This document shows positions 49,360-62,270 of a stretch of DNA of 64,000 nucleotides, one piece after another. The stretch is from NCBI GenBank assembly GCA_965112155.1, contig OZ218100.1; one strand, written 5' to 3'. Position 1 is the stretch's first letter. The number at the start of each line of letters is the position of its first letter. The notes under the pieces were generated by a model. It worked only from the letters and a program-made list of their open reading frames with translations. It ran no database searches and was not told the origin of the DNA. The stretch comes from Podarcis liolepis (taxonomy: Eukaryota). A program made the position numbers and the translations under genes.

Positions 49360-49600
49360 CAGTGGTACCTCGGGTTACATACGCTTCAGGTTACAGACGC
49401 TTCAGGTTACAGACTCCGCTAACCCAGAAATAGTGCTTCAGGTTAAGAACTTTGCTTCAGGATGACAACAGAAATCGTGCTCCAGCAGCGCAGCAGCAGC
49501 AGGAGGCCCCATTAGCTAAGTGGTGCTTCAGGTTAAGAACAGTTTCAGGTTAAGTACGGACCTCCGGAACGAATTAAGTACTTAACCCGAGGTACCACTG
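49360..49600. mobile_element. Tc1/mariner-pogo (Tigger-like) MITE
   Basis: TA|cagtggtacctcgggtta ... taacccgaggtaccactg|TA; perfect 18-bp TIR. Confidence 0.93.
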
Positions 49601-50729
49601 TACAACAATCACCTATTTTCTGTATTATTACAAATAAAATTATAATGCACTCTACAAAAGCAAATGTCATCCCTGTCAGTCAAGTATTTTAAGTATTATT
49701 CCAACAATGGAGGGATTAAATCTACTTTTCCACCAAGACGGCTGTAATGTGCAGCCCATTTCTTCAGTGAACAATATCAGCCCACTTTGCTTCTTTTTCT
49801 TTTTCCCGGAGCTTTGAACAACTATTCTTTCACAGTCAGAACATGAACAACTTTCCACATAATTCTGGGGAATTAATAAAGCAGTTTCCCTAGACAGTCT
49901 CTCAAATATTTATAAGAAACATTTCTGGTCCATGTGCTACTCAGCTTTAGTACACAGGAAACTGCCTCCTACCAGGTCAAGACTATCTGCAGGCTTCCCA
50001 CAGGCATCTGGTTGGCCACTGATCCAGCAGAGCTCTCCTTATGTTCTTATCATAGCTGTTGCTCCAGTGGCGATGGCAGTTCATGGGCGTAGCAGCAGCA
50101 AAAAATGCTGGCACTTCTGCTATCACCAGCCACCTCCCAATGCATCTGGGGCCGTAGCATTGCTCCAGACCCACAGACAGAGCCCAGCAAAGGAAAACTG
50201 GCATCCTTCCAGCACTGAGAGGAGTACCAGACCCCAGCTGCTGAAGAGGAGACTTCACATTGGTGGTGAGCTTGGTGGGAGTCCCTCCTAAGGACTCAGA
50301 CTATCGGCGCCTGCCCAATGATGCCAACCCACAACACCGGCCTGGACCAGTTGATAGATTTTGCTCATACTCATTGACTCATATGATTTGGGTTTAGGAG
50401 GAATTTTTGGCCCAGGTAAACCTGACTAACCTTCCCACACAGCCTCAATCATCTAGCAGTAGATAACCATTTGCAGCACCTTGGCTTTCTGCTTGTGTCA
50501 TGCTGTGGCCTAGTCTTCAGGGCTTGATAAGAGCAGTGGGGGCGAGGATAACATTGGATGGGCTCCCAAATACCAGGTGCCCATACCTGCCGGAGCAGCC
50601 AGGGAGAAACGGAAAATGAGTCTGGCTGCTGACAAGGCTGCTGCCATCAACAATAGGTTTAAAAAAAACAATGGAGGAAGGGAGGGAAGATTGTGGAATG
50701 GTTGGGGAGGTAGAGGTCCCCCTGGTCTG

Positions 50730-50900
50730 AACTGTTTGGCAGTGGAATGGGCTACCTCAGAAGGCAGAGGACTCTCCTTCGTTGGAGGCTTTTAAACAGA
50801 GGTTGGATGGTCTCTCAGGGATTATTTAGCTGTGGCTCTTGAAGGAGGTGGGACTAGATGATTTGTGGTCCCTTCCAACTCTACAGTTATGTGATTCTAA
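50730..50900 (+). mobile_element. CR1 3' fragment
   Basis: cagtggaat...ttggaggcttttaaacagagg...ggtcccttccaactctacagttatgtgattct. Confidence 0.8.
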
Positions 50901-51158
50901 GACAACTGGCACCTTGAGGGGTGGGTATGTTAGGATATTCCGGTCCACCTTAAAAGGAACAGGCATGACTGTTGTGTGTCACATGCCTGTTTACAGTCCA
51001 GCACAGCTTGCTGGGAACTTCTGCTTGTGTATAGCTTTTGCTTATGCTGCTTGCTTGGACACGAAAGGGAGAAGTCATGTTTTTTCCTTTGTCCTGAATA
51101 AACTGCCTGTAAATATGCTTTACACAGCCTCTCTCTACCCTTCTGTTGAAAAGAGTTA

Positions 51159-51417
51159 CTGTATTTTTTGCTCTATAAGACTCACTTTTCCCCTCCTAAA
51201 AAGTAAGGGGGAATGTGTGTGCGTCTTATGGAGTGAATGCAGGCTGTGCAGCTATCCCAGAAGCCAGAACAGCAAGAGGGATTGCTGCTTTCACTGCGCA
51301 GCGATCCCTCTTGGTGTTCTGGCTTCTGAGATTCAAAATATTTTTTTTCTTGTTTTCCTCCTCCAAAAACTAGGTGCGTCTTGTGGTCTGGTGTGTCTTA
51401 TAGAGCGAAAAATACGG
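51159..51417. mobile_element. Tc2/pogo-type MITE
   Basis: TA|ctgtattttttgctctataagac ... gtcttatagagcgaaaaatacgg|TA. Confidence 0.85.
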
Positions 51418-51878
51418 TATTTACTCTGCTGATTAGAGCATGCTCCAGCTTCTGAAGGTTTCTGAAGCTGCGGGTCACTGTTTGATGCTGAGCCAAGGAC
51501 CAGAGATCGCCTGGCTACCAGCCGGTGGGCTGGAGCCAGCTGGGGGGCTTGCAAATTGCCCCCGTTCCCTTGGATGCATCCCAACAGGGTATGTGTATAA
51601 ACTCAGGGGGGGGGGTGAACTCAGGCTGGTGAAGGGAGACAAATGCAACCCAGAAGAACTTGCTGGATCAGGCCAAAGGCTCACCTCATCCAGTATCCTG
51701 TTGGAGGTCTGTGAGCAGGAACTGAATGCAACAGCTCTCTACCCATTCACATTTCCCAGCAACTGTAGCAGTAGAACATTGTCATTGTGACTAAAAGCCA
51801 TTTCCTACATACAGATATGGGTGGGTGGCATGTTCTTAGTCCATGCTGCCTTTAAGTTCTAGCTGAGTTGCCCCCTCA

Positions 51879-52223
51879 TAAGGGACCCCTGACCATTAGG
51901 TCCAGTCGTGGCCGACTCTGGGGTTGTGGCACTCATCTCGCTTTATTGGCCGAGGGAGCCGGCGTACAGCTTCTGGGTCATGTGGCCAGCATGACTAAGC
52001 CACTTCTGGCAAACCAGAGCAGCACACGGAAATGCCGTTTACCTTCCCACCGGAGCGGTACCTATTTATCTACTTGCACTTTGACGTGCTTTCGAACTGC
52101 TAGGTTGGCAGGAGCAGGGACCGAGCAATGGGAGCTCACCCCATTGTGGGGATTCGAACCGCCGACCTTCTGATCGGCAAGTCCTAGGCACTGTGGTTTA
52201 ACCCGCAGCGCCACCCGCGTCCC
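51879..52223 (-). mobile_element. Sauria SINE, young
   Basis: agggacccctgaccattaggtccagtcgtggccgactctgggg ... gcgccacccgcgtccc with CpGs retained. Confidence 0.95.
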
Positions 52224-53009
52224 TAAGCCATTAGGGCTCATCAAACTCTCACTGCCTCATGAAAGACTTGGCTTCACGGGTGCTGTTGCTTGATGTCCCG
52301 CACCCCATAAGCTCTAATCCAGTGTTGTTTGTACTTCTCAGTCACCTGTATTTGCTTAAGAGGCCCAACAAGGCAAACACCCCTGATGCCTTGTTTATGC
52401 TGCGGCTTTCACTGGGGCTTATTAAAATCATTGTTACTTCATATAAGCTGTCGATTGGCCTTTCTCCGACAGCCAAGTGTTGACAGTAAGTAACAGACAC
52501 TTTGCCCCCAAGGTACCATGTTTATACATTGGTGCAAAAGCCTGGTGGATTTCAACCCTGTAAAACTATCACAGATAACAGGCTTGTTATCAGATAAGTG
52601 ACTATAATAAATGACTACAATTAGTGCTCTGCTGATGAGACCGACTTGGTGGTCTTTCCACTCTGTTTTGGACAAATCCCAGACCTAAAAGAGAAAAAAA
52701 CACACATAAAAATGGGGTGGGAAGGGGGGGGGCACGCGTTAAAAATGAAACCATCTGACTTTTTAAATTGTATTTACAGCATGTGGGATCTGCAACAAAA
52801 TGTTGTTGTTTTCAATGCTCTTGTTCAAGATTTCAGCCTCTTCATGCCTCTTCCCATCCTGATTTTCCTTCCCTACCCCACCAAACAGTCAATCAATATT
52901 CTGTGACCAATAAGCATATTCAGTCCCCATTGGGCTGTTCGGGAGTATCTCATTCCTCTTCAGGTTTTCTTCTTCCTTGATATATTCTTTTTAAGTTCTG
53001 CAAACCATT

Positions 53010-53198
53010 GTCACAGCCACACCATATGCTGAAAGCACATTTAATGCCCCTTTAAAACACAGGCCTTCCTCCAAAGAATCCTGTGAACTGTAGTTTGTGG
53101 AGGGTGCTGGGAATTGTAGCTTTGCAAGGGATAAACTGCATTTCCCAGAGTTCTTTGGGGGAAGCCATGTGCTTTAAATGTATGGTGTGGATGTGATC
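53010..53198. mobile_element. Palindromic non-autonomous DNA element (PIF/Harbinger-like)
   Basis: gtcacagccacaccata ... tatggtgtggatgtgat inverted termini, with inner inverted arms ccaaagaa / ttctttgg. Confidence 0.6.
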
Positions 53199-53884
53199 CA
53201 CCTGATTTCTCCAAGCCTGCTGATACCATCCTCTTGTGATCCACCAAAAAGGATGGTGCCATTTTGGTGACGTAGACAGTGCCACTCACAGCCTGAACGG
53301 TGGAAACAGAAGGGATGGTGTGGATGCCTATGAACTGGACCTCAGACTTTCTTTTAATCGAAAGTGATACATCATTCAGCTAGTGATGTCCATCTAGTGA
53401 CAATCTTAGGAGCTGTACAGATACAGGTCTACAGGCTGCCAATTAGCTACTGGGCCATGTTCAAGGTGATTGTTAGTTCAAAGTGATGCTTTTGGTGTAC
53501 ATAATCCTATACAGCTTGGAACCAGGATACCAGAGAAATTCGTTTCACTCTTTATATACCCAATCAGTCACTGCTCTCTGCAGGTAAGGGCCTCCTGGAG
53601 AACTTTGGCTGTTGACAATGAACCCCAAGGTTGATGTATTTATTACTCAGTTGCAGGGGCCACTGCAAAACACGGGGTTTTCACTTTGGCAGAGGTTTGG
53701 TGTGGGTCCCAAATTTTGGGATTCATAGTTAATGAAGTTCCCTGCAGATACCATCATATTAAGGGGTCCTCTCCACAGAATGTAGAGATCTTTCCCAGTC
53801 TTTATCTGCAATGGAATAGTTTTGAAAATGTTTTGATTCTTTTACTACTTGTTGTTTGCCACCCTGGGCTCCTATGGGAGGATG

Positions 53885-54217
53885 GTAAAGGTAAAGGGAC
53901 CCCTGACCATTACGTTTAGTCATGACCGACTCTGGGGTTGCAGTGCACATCTCACTTTATTGGCCGAGGGAGCCAGCGTACAGCTTCCGGGTCATGTGGC
54001 CAGCATGACTAAGCTGCTTCTGGCAAACCAGAGCAGCGCACAGAAATGCCATTTACCTTCCCGCCGGAGCGGTACCTATTTATCTACTTGCACTTTGACG
54101 ATCTTTTGAACTGCTAGGTTGGCAGGAGCCAAGCAACGGGAGCTCACCCCGTCATGGGGATTCGAACTGCTGACCTTCTGATCGGCAAGTCCTAGGCTCT
54201 GTGGTTTAACCCACAGC
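53885..54217 (-). mobile_element. Sauria SINE, slightly 5'-truncated, inserted into an L2 tail
   Basis: 7-bp TSD gaggatg at 53878-53884 and 54218-54224. Confidence 0.93.
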
Positions 54218-56529
54218 GAGGATGAGCAGGCTATAAATGAAAATAGCTAGTGCATAAGAAGACTCTCTGCAGAATAATCTGGGCTCCCCAAGCTTACAAT
54301 GTTCAGGTCTCTATCAGATGGAAGGAGGAGACAAGGCTACCTGAAACCCAGAATTGGTGAATTGGTTATGAAGAATGCAGAAGTGAGCAGGCTATAGCCT
54401 GCGATGAAAGCCATCTCTGAATTGCAGTGACCACATTGATGCTCTTTAACAGTGTTCTATGCATCCTACAACACAGCAACGTGGCATAGTGTCTGTGCAC
54501 AGAGCATATAATCTACATTAGACAGGAAATCTAGGAATGGGAAAAGAAGAGAGGAGAGGTTAAGGAGTGGTGCTGTGTGGTGGGGAATGAGGCAGGTGGT
54601 TATGGGGGAAAAACAGGTAACATGACTTTTGGTATTCAATGGAGCAACTAACTACAGTGCTTCCATTCTTGGATAGTTGTTTTTTTAAACCCCACACAAA
54701 CCACAGTTCCAGATTAATGTGTGGTTGAATATAAACATGTACGAAATCCACAAGAGTTGTTTTCAGTTCCATTTCCTTTTTCTCCATTCATCTGATTGCA
54801 TCAGCTAAAAGCTCTGGGCATTTTCATGTGTGCATATTTGGTTTCAGTCATGCTGCTTCATGGGTTTTGTAATATTTATTTATGAAAAATAAGATATCCC
54901 ACATTTCTGTCTTTAAAAAGACCCTCCAAGGTATTGAACCAATCCCAGCAGAAGATTGGGTTCTCACACGAGCAATGCAGATAGCTTGTCCTGATCTTCT
55001 AGGCAGTTATCTGTGTCCTTACTTTTATGATCTTAGCTGGAATAGAGTTAAAATTCTCCTCACATTAATGTCCTCTAGACATCCACTTAGACCAAGGTCA
55101 GCTCCCACTTGGGATGTCTGAAGAATTCAGATTACTTCCAGCCAAGCATCTAGTCTTGTGACTGCTCATCCTAGTGGAGTTGAAGTTCAGGCTGCCTTAG
55201 AGAGGTGCCCATCAGTAAAAATAATTAACCCTGAATGGTCCCATAGGGAGGTCTGGAATAGAAAGCTGAGAAAGGGCACACCTTAGGATAGTGTTCCACC
55301 AGCAAAATTACTGATTCATTTTTCATTTTGTTAAAGGTCCTTGGTTGTAAAGCTGTTTCCATGTAATGCCATGAAGTATAACTGCAAGCACCATTTTAAA
55401 GGCAATCTCCTTTTTCTTTTTTTTTACACCCGACAGGGTCTCGTTATGGCATGGATGTAGGAATAATAGCCTATAATTTAAGCACTTTGCTCGAATGCTC
55501 TTTAAAAGACATTTATATCCTTGCACGGTTTAGTCATTTATAGGATGGCATGTATTTAAATGAGTTGCATATCTACAGTTTAATAATTCACCGAAAGAGG
55601 AGTTTCAATTACCTTTAAGCAACTTTTAATGCAGTGATTGTACCCAACCGTTGTCTGTTTCTGAAAACGTCTCTTTAATAAAGCAGACACTTGCACAGTA
55701 CCCAACCTGGACATGACAGGCACTAAAATAATGTAGGCTGTAATTTTGTGTGGTTAATTCTTCCTATACAATGCACATAAACTTTGTTTATGCAGTCTCA
55801 ATTGGCACTCTGCAGCACTGCAGATGTCTCCAGATCCCTCCCTCTCGACTAAACATGGTAACGTTTTGCTAGCAGGAAATAGTCTCTTGTAAAAGTATGT
55901 TACGTACAGGGGCTTACACTTTGACGTGATTTAATATTTCCTAATAATACTTCCAGGGGAAATTGCCCTGAATGGGAGTGCAGATCCCAGAGGAGTTGGA
56001 CGCTTTGCGTGAAAGCAGGATTTATGGGGGTTCTCTGTATTCTGAGCACCAGAATCTCTCGTAAACTCCAAAAAGTTACACATAGGCATCAGTTTGTTTA
56101 CCTTTTCATGAGTTTAAAGGTGATTCATTTGACCTTTGAAAAATATGATAAGGCCCCTTGCTGAAATCACTGCATTTCCCAGATTAATGGAAGCCTGTCA
56201 CACAGTGTAATCCTAACATCTGAGCTGTTTTTAAGTGTTGCCCACTGAAGACTTCCACATGGTCTTTTTATTTGTTCATTACCTGGAATTCCCAAAAATG
56301 AAGTCCTATTTCTTTTCTGACTTGTTCATCTTAAAGGGGTGAGGACTCTGTTGCAAAAAGAGGGGATTAATTTTCCACGTTTGAATTTTCCGCTAAGCCT
56401 GTAGCCTTATAATGTAGCAGCTAGCTTATAAATAACTTACATGAAACAAGACCTTCTCGGTAGTGGCACCCAGACTTTGGAACTCATTCCCTGGGGAAAT
56501 GCAGATGTCCTCCTCATAACTGGCCTTTA

Positions 56530-56830
56530 AGGTAAAGGGACCCCTGACCATTAGGTCCAGTTGTGGCCAACTCTGGGTTGCGGCGCTCATCTCGCTTTAT
56601 TGGCCAAGGGAGCTGGCATACAGCTTCCAGGTCATGTGGCCAGCATGACTAAGCCGCTTCTGGCGAACCAGAGCAGTGCACAGAAATGCAGTTCACCTTC
56701 CCGCTGGAGCAGTACTGCTAGGTTGGCAGGAGCTGGGACCGAGCAATGGGGGCTCACCCCGTCGCGGGGATTCGAACCACCAAGCTTCTGATCGGCAAGT
56801 CCTAGGATCTGTGGTTTAACCCACAGCACC
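56530..56830 (-). mobile_element. Sauria SINE with an internal deletion, inserted into an L2 remnant
   Basis: 11-bp TSD actggccttta at 56519-56529 and 56831-56841; host reads gaccttctcggtagtggcacccagactttggaactc. Confidence 0.93.
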
Positions 56831-57224
56831 ACTGGCCTTTAGGCACTGGTTAAAGACCTATTTTATATTCACTCTGACATTTGCCAATCTCAGGGATCTT
56901 TGCCATCTCTCACATGCCAACCACCAGGACATACTACTGGGTATAAGATTTGGTGTGTTAGGAAAAAAGCAGGGGAGAGTTGGGTGCCACCTCTAATCCA
57001 TGAGCGTAGCCAGGATTTATGTTAAAGGGGCAGGACAGCCACCTGTCCTGTTCCAGAACCGAGCTACCTGTGACACGACTGGCCAGTTTGCAGAAGCCAC
57101 ACCTATTGCTCAGTCGGGTTGCTAGTTGCATCACCAGAATGCACCACAACATCATCCAAGTGACCTCAGTGAGCATTTCAATTTCAAATATCCTGATTAT
57201 TTCTACTTTTAGTTAAGTATTTTT

Positions 57225-57728
57225 TTTATTTCCTTGAACTGGGAGAGGGAGGTTTCTATATGGAATGGGTTTTAATTCCTTTTACACTTTTCTGTTACAT
57301 GGTTATAACTGTTTTATAACTGTATGGGTTAGAATTGTATAAGGGTGTATAATTATAATTTGTCTTTTTCTTCTTATTCTGTTTTGTTATCAGTATGAAA
57401 AGTGGGGAATTCGTGGAAGGTAATTTGGGTCGACTTTAGAAAAAAGGATTTAAGAATGAGTACTTATGTATAAATTATGAAGTTTATAAGCTAAAATCGG
57501 TTTTTTAAAATGAATTAAATATAAAAAGGTTAAAAATTGGGGATAAGAACTTGTTGAATTAACAATTTGAATTGGAATATAAGAAGGGGAGGTGTGGGGA
57601 AGTCAGGGAAATATGTTATGGAAAATAAGGATTGTAAACTGTATATGTTTTTAATTTTTCTTTTTGTTTTTTCTTTTTGGCTTTTTAAAATGGAAAATTC
57701 TCAGTAAATATCTATTTTTTTAAAAAAT
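57225..57728 (+). mobile_element. Probable L1-clade 3'UTR fragment
   Basis: AT-rich, C-poor stretch with a G-rich tract (aaggggaggtgtggggaag), a T-rich tract and an A-rich end. Confidence 0.4.
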
Positions 57729-58539
57729 AGAATTGTAACCCACCCTGGGATTTTCTGGCAAAAGGCAAGTAAGAAATCTAATAAATAACAAATAAATGAT
57801 AGCCTCTGCACAGATGACTCAGAATGAATGCTTGATCAGCAGTGAGGCTGCATAATCTCCCTCCATGCAAATGTGGTACAAACAAATTAAGATGACTTCT
57901 CAATTAACTAGTAATCTGAAAGAACCCCTAAGCCTAGTTGTTGCTTTGTATGGCTTGGGGCTATTTGATTATAATGGCCTCCCCCAAGCTACCTTTTTGT
58001 TGAGCCTCCATCATGATTTGCTTGCACAAAGCTTATGCAAAGGTTCGCTTGTAACCTGCCAAGGGTGCTTCCCAAGCAAAGGAATGCACACAGCAGATAG
58101 TCAACTATTTATTGTCAAAGATAACGCTCATTGTTGCTTCTACATAGCTCTGGATATCTATGCAAACCAATCTAGCACCTAGGGAGCTATCCCCAGGTCT
58201 GTGCTCTATGGAGCAGTTGCAGCAACAGGGGGCCACTCCCCCTCCACCAGCTTATATATCTTCACCAGGTGGGCTGCATGCACGTAACCAGAGACTGCGC
58301 CCGTGTAGAAACTTCCTCTGCTCATCCCTTTTCAATCCCCTCATGGTTCTGGGAGAAGGTGGGGAGGCACCTGGGCCCTCACTTGCCTGAACCTGTCTCT
58401 TTCTCCTGTTCTTCCAACCCATCCTGTGCTCCACCCTCCAGCTCTAAAGCTGCCCCTGCTTGCAAGAAGTGCCCACAAACAACTGCCCCCCTCTCCTGAG
58501 TCAGGCCTCTTTCCCCCAGTGAACACTCATCAGCATTCT

Positions 58540-59050
58540 GCCAGTCCCTTTGGAATTCCCTCCCCTTAAACATTAGCCCTTAAACATCTCTGTTGTCCGC
58601 TCAGTACCCATTGAAGACCTTCTTCTTCCAACAAGCCTTTTAAGTTCAGGTCTTCCCCAGTCTGCATCTGTATTGGAATTCTTTCTGAGGTGCTTTTAAG
58701 GTGTGTTTTTAGGAAAAAAATTCCACTTGTTGTTTGCCTTGGGCTCCTTTGGGAGGAAGGGTGGGATATAAATGTATTTATTTCATAACATGTAAAGAAA
58801 ACCTCGAAGTAGTTCACACACAAAAATGATAAAAACAATAAAATTGTCACTAAGAACAATTGACAGCAATAATTTAAAACTTTGGAAAGGTTGCGATCAA
58901 CAGCGAACTAAAAACAGATTAAAACTCGCATCAGCCTTCTAAATCTCTGGGTAGGCTTGCCTAAGCAAAAAGTTTTTGGCAGGTGCTGAAAAGAGTACAG
59001 TGAAAGTGCCTGCTTGATCCCAATAGGCAGGGTGTACCAAAGTGTAGGTG
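58540..59050. mobile_element. Two old L2 3' ends arranged tail-to-tail (+ 58540-58775, - 58775-59050)
   Basis: ttggaattccctcccc...gggctcctttgggaggaagggtgggatataaat, then antisense ...ggcagggtgtaccaaagtgtaggtg. Confidence 0.55.
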
Positions 59051-60615
59051 AAGGTTAATAAATAAATATATCAGCATTTATCTTGCATTCATCCTGATTT
59101 CCTTGTGGGGCATGTTTATGTTAAACATTTCAGACTTCTCAGTGCATTCCCCCCATCTTCCTAAGTCCGTTTCTTGTTTAAAGTACTATATTTGTATAAA
59201 CATTCACAAACTTTTTATTGATAATTATTACTTACTGCAAATAGTTTGAGGATCTATACAACTGTGTAACATGCAGAAAACAGCATTTTTAGAGAAATCA
59301 AAGACTGGAACTGAGGGTAGTCGGGGGGGGTGGGGGTTCTGTGGGGGGAGGGGGAGGGAGGAAAAAAGGGGGAAAATAAGGATGATATGTTTCTAGATAA
59401 TATGTTTTGTTTTAATTTTGAATAAAAAGTAATTTTAAAATATAAAAAAATAAAGTACTATATTCGTTGCATGAGGCAGACAGAGCCCTTCAATCCACTT
59501 TACCTGCACAAACCTACATTTCCCAGAATGCACTTGAATCCCTCCCTCAAAATACTGGCCGTCTGGAAGTGCCCAGCATTTCATATACTTGATGGGAAAT
59601 AGTGGATTAAAGGCCAAGAAATGGTGATGATTTCATATATAAAAATAGAGCTAGATTGCTGAGAGTATGGCTGTTACTAGAAAACTCTCTATAAAAATAA
59701 AAAATGAGAGAGAATGACAAAGCTGCCAGAGGTAAGAGAATTCGATTCTAAAAAATTTACTTTAGCTATGAAAGGAACTTCCTTATTAGAAAGGCTGCCC
59801 TCTGACCCAGGCACAGGCTGCTAGGTGATTTGTCACTTGCCGGAGTTTTCAATTCGGTCACATGTATTTATCACTTGGCTGAATTTCCCACTGATTTAAC
59901 CTCCCAGATTTTTTTCAAACTTTTAATTTTAGCTCTTCAATTTGCATGCATTTAAGCTGATGAACAATGGCCAGAGGTGTCAGCCACCAGCATCTGGGAA
60001 ACCTATTGAGTAAGCCTCTCTCTGCAAGGGGTCTCTGACACAAAGGTCCAGCATTTGTGGTCAAGGCTAAAATTAGATGCAGAGAGCCAACCGAGGAGAG
60101 TTAAATAACCCAATTCAGAAAGATCTGCATCCTTAAAGTGAGTGGCTCCACATATGGTAAATTCACTTCAGTGTAGGCAAATGTGAAATAATTTGGCTGC
60201 TGCAAAAATTGATCTAAGAATGATGTGTTAAAATTGAACAGCCAGAGAGCATGCTGATCAGGAAAAACATTTGGGAGTCATTGTGGGGGGAAATATGGAA
60301 ACCATCAATCCAGAGGGCAGCAGTCATGCAAGCAAAGGGGAAAGGGAGGAGGATACTGGGAGATGGTATTTTCTTCTAAACAAAGGATGGGAAACCTGTG
60401 GCCTTTCAGATATTACTAGGCTCCGGTTAGCCTCAGCTAGCATGATCAGGGATGCTGGGCATTGTCTGACAATATCTGGAGGACCACAAGGACGCATCCC
60501 TGCTTTATGCAAGAAACTGGATCCTATACAAATCTGGAGGCACTCTTAGCAAGATTAGGGGCCAATGAGAAATCAGTGTCTTGCTGCTACCTTCACATAG
60601 GATCCTTGGTTGGCA

Positions 60616-60792
60616 CAGGAGCCCATTCCTAGGGACCGAGGGGTCTCCAGGCCCCCCCTAGAATATTTGAGGGGTCCAGGGACCCCAAAAAAGTTGGTGG
60701 GCATTCAAATGGTGTGTGTGCATCACGTCATGTGATTAATTATGTGGGGCAGGGATTACCTGGGCCCTTCCAATATTTTAGTGGGAGCCCCT
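60616..60792. mobile_element. hAT-like non-autonomous element
   Basis: caggagccca ... tgggagcccctg termini; homologous to 32800-32924. Confidence 0.55.
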
Positions 60793-61723
60793 GTTGGCTG
60801 GCATCCATCTATCTCAGGACAATTTGGAGGTGAAGTCAAACTGTTGGAACCTCCAAGCATCAAAGTTTGTTAAAGCTTCTGGGAATTGTAGCTCTGTGGT
60901 GGGGTAAACTACAGTTTCCAGAATTCTTGAGGGAAGCCATGTGCTTTAAATTTATGGTGCGTGCACAGCCTGAGAAGATGTACTGGAGTAGAAAAGATGC
61001 AGGATTTGTTCCTCCCGACAGTTAGCAAAGCTGGGTGACCTTTGTGAGCCTCCTTGCACCCCGATAAAGCTTTGGGTGATGTCAACCCCTAAACCAATAG
61101 AAAACTGTTTCTTTGTGAGGGTTGCCCTCATAAGTTGTCATTTTCCCGTGAAGAACAAATTTCAATTGTGAGCAAAAGAAGGTTTAAAGGAACCAATTGT
61201 CAAGCAGGGAAAGGCGTTTGAGACTTTGGGGAACAGAGAGAAGTTGCAGTTCCTGCTCTGGACTGCCTCTTAACCACATCTGTGCTTCACAAGTCTTTTT
61301 GTGCTACAAGATCTCTCTCTTCCTTGGTCTGAGACGCCACTCTAGAAACATGCAGAATAGAAAGGGTTAATAATGTCTTACACATTGCCTGGACTATATA
61401 CTGTAATTAATGCAAAGATAGAGAGAAGAGATTAGAGGCAGAGAGTCCTCTGCTCTGGGGCTATGAGGCTGAGTCTTACAGACTAATTGTGCTGCAAGAA
61501 CCTGGAAAGAGGGGGAAGGCTGCAGACAAAGTAATAGTTTTCCCATCTTGCAAGAGTCAGAGGTGAGTGCAATTAGGAAAATACAGAGAATAGGAAGACA
61601 TGGGAAAGCTGAGCTGGAATAATTACCTGTCCCACAGTAGAAAGTAATCAGGAAAGAAAAGAGTTGGGTTTCTTTGTCACTGGAACTTACAGGAGTATTG
61701 CCATGAATGGGTTATAGCCTATC

Positions 61724-62102
61724 GGGCTGCGGGTGGTGCTGTGGTCTAAACCACAGAGCCTCTTGGGCTTGCCGATCAGAAGGACGGCGGTTCGAATCCG
61801 TGCAATAGGGTGAGCTCCCGTTGCTCTGTCCCAGCTCTTGCCAACCTAGTAGTTCGAAAGCACGCCGGTGCAAGTAGATAAATAGGTACCACTGTGGCAG
61901 GAAGGTAAAAGGCATTTCTGTGTGTTCTGGTTTCCATCACAGTGTTCCATTGTGCCAGAACCATTTTAATCCTGCTGGCCACATGACCCGGAAAGCTGTC
62001 TGTGGACAAACACCAGCTACTTCAGCCTGAAAGCAAGATGAGCACCACAACCCCGTTTAGTCGCCTTTGACTGGACTGAACCATCCAGGGGTCCTTTACC
62101 TT
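61724..62102 (+). mobile_element. Sauria SINE, full length
   Basis: gggctgcgggtggtgctgtggtctaaacc head, ggttcgaatcc B box, cctttacctt tail; exact 12-bp TSD ttatagcctatc at 61712-61723 and 62103-62114. Confidence 0.95.
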
Positions 62103-62136
62103 TTATAGCCTATCATGGGACTGCTTATGGTTTACT

Positions 62137-62270
62137 ATAGCCATGGCTCAGTGGCAGAACATCTGCTTTGCATGCAGAAGGTCCCAGGTTCAATCCCTGA
62201 TATCTCCAGGTAAGATAGGGAAAGACTCCACCTAGAGAGTAGCCACTGGTCAGTGCAGAAAATCCTGAGA
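62137..62270 (+). mobile_element. tRNA-derived SINE (Squam3-like), partial
   Basis: tggctcagtggcagaacatctgctttgcatgcagaaggtcccaggttcaatccc head; matches 32219. Confidence 0.8.

Noticed and set aside
50839-51432. 197-aa ORF
   Set aside because: It runs through a CR1 3'UTR, unique DNA and a MITE, with no recognisable domain.
62137-62210. tRNA-Ala/Cys-like gene (also 32225-32295 and the Sauria SINE heads)
   Set aside because: The acceptor stem is mismatched and the sequence runs on into SINE body; these are tRNA-derived SINE heads.
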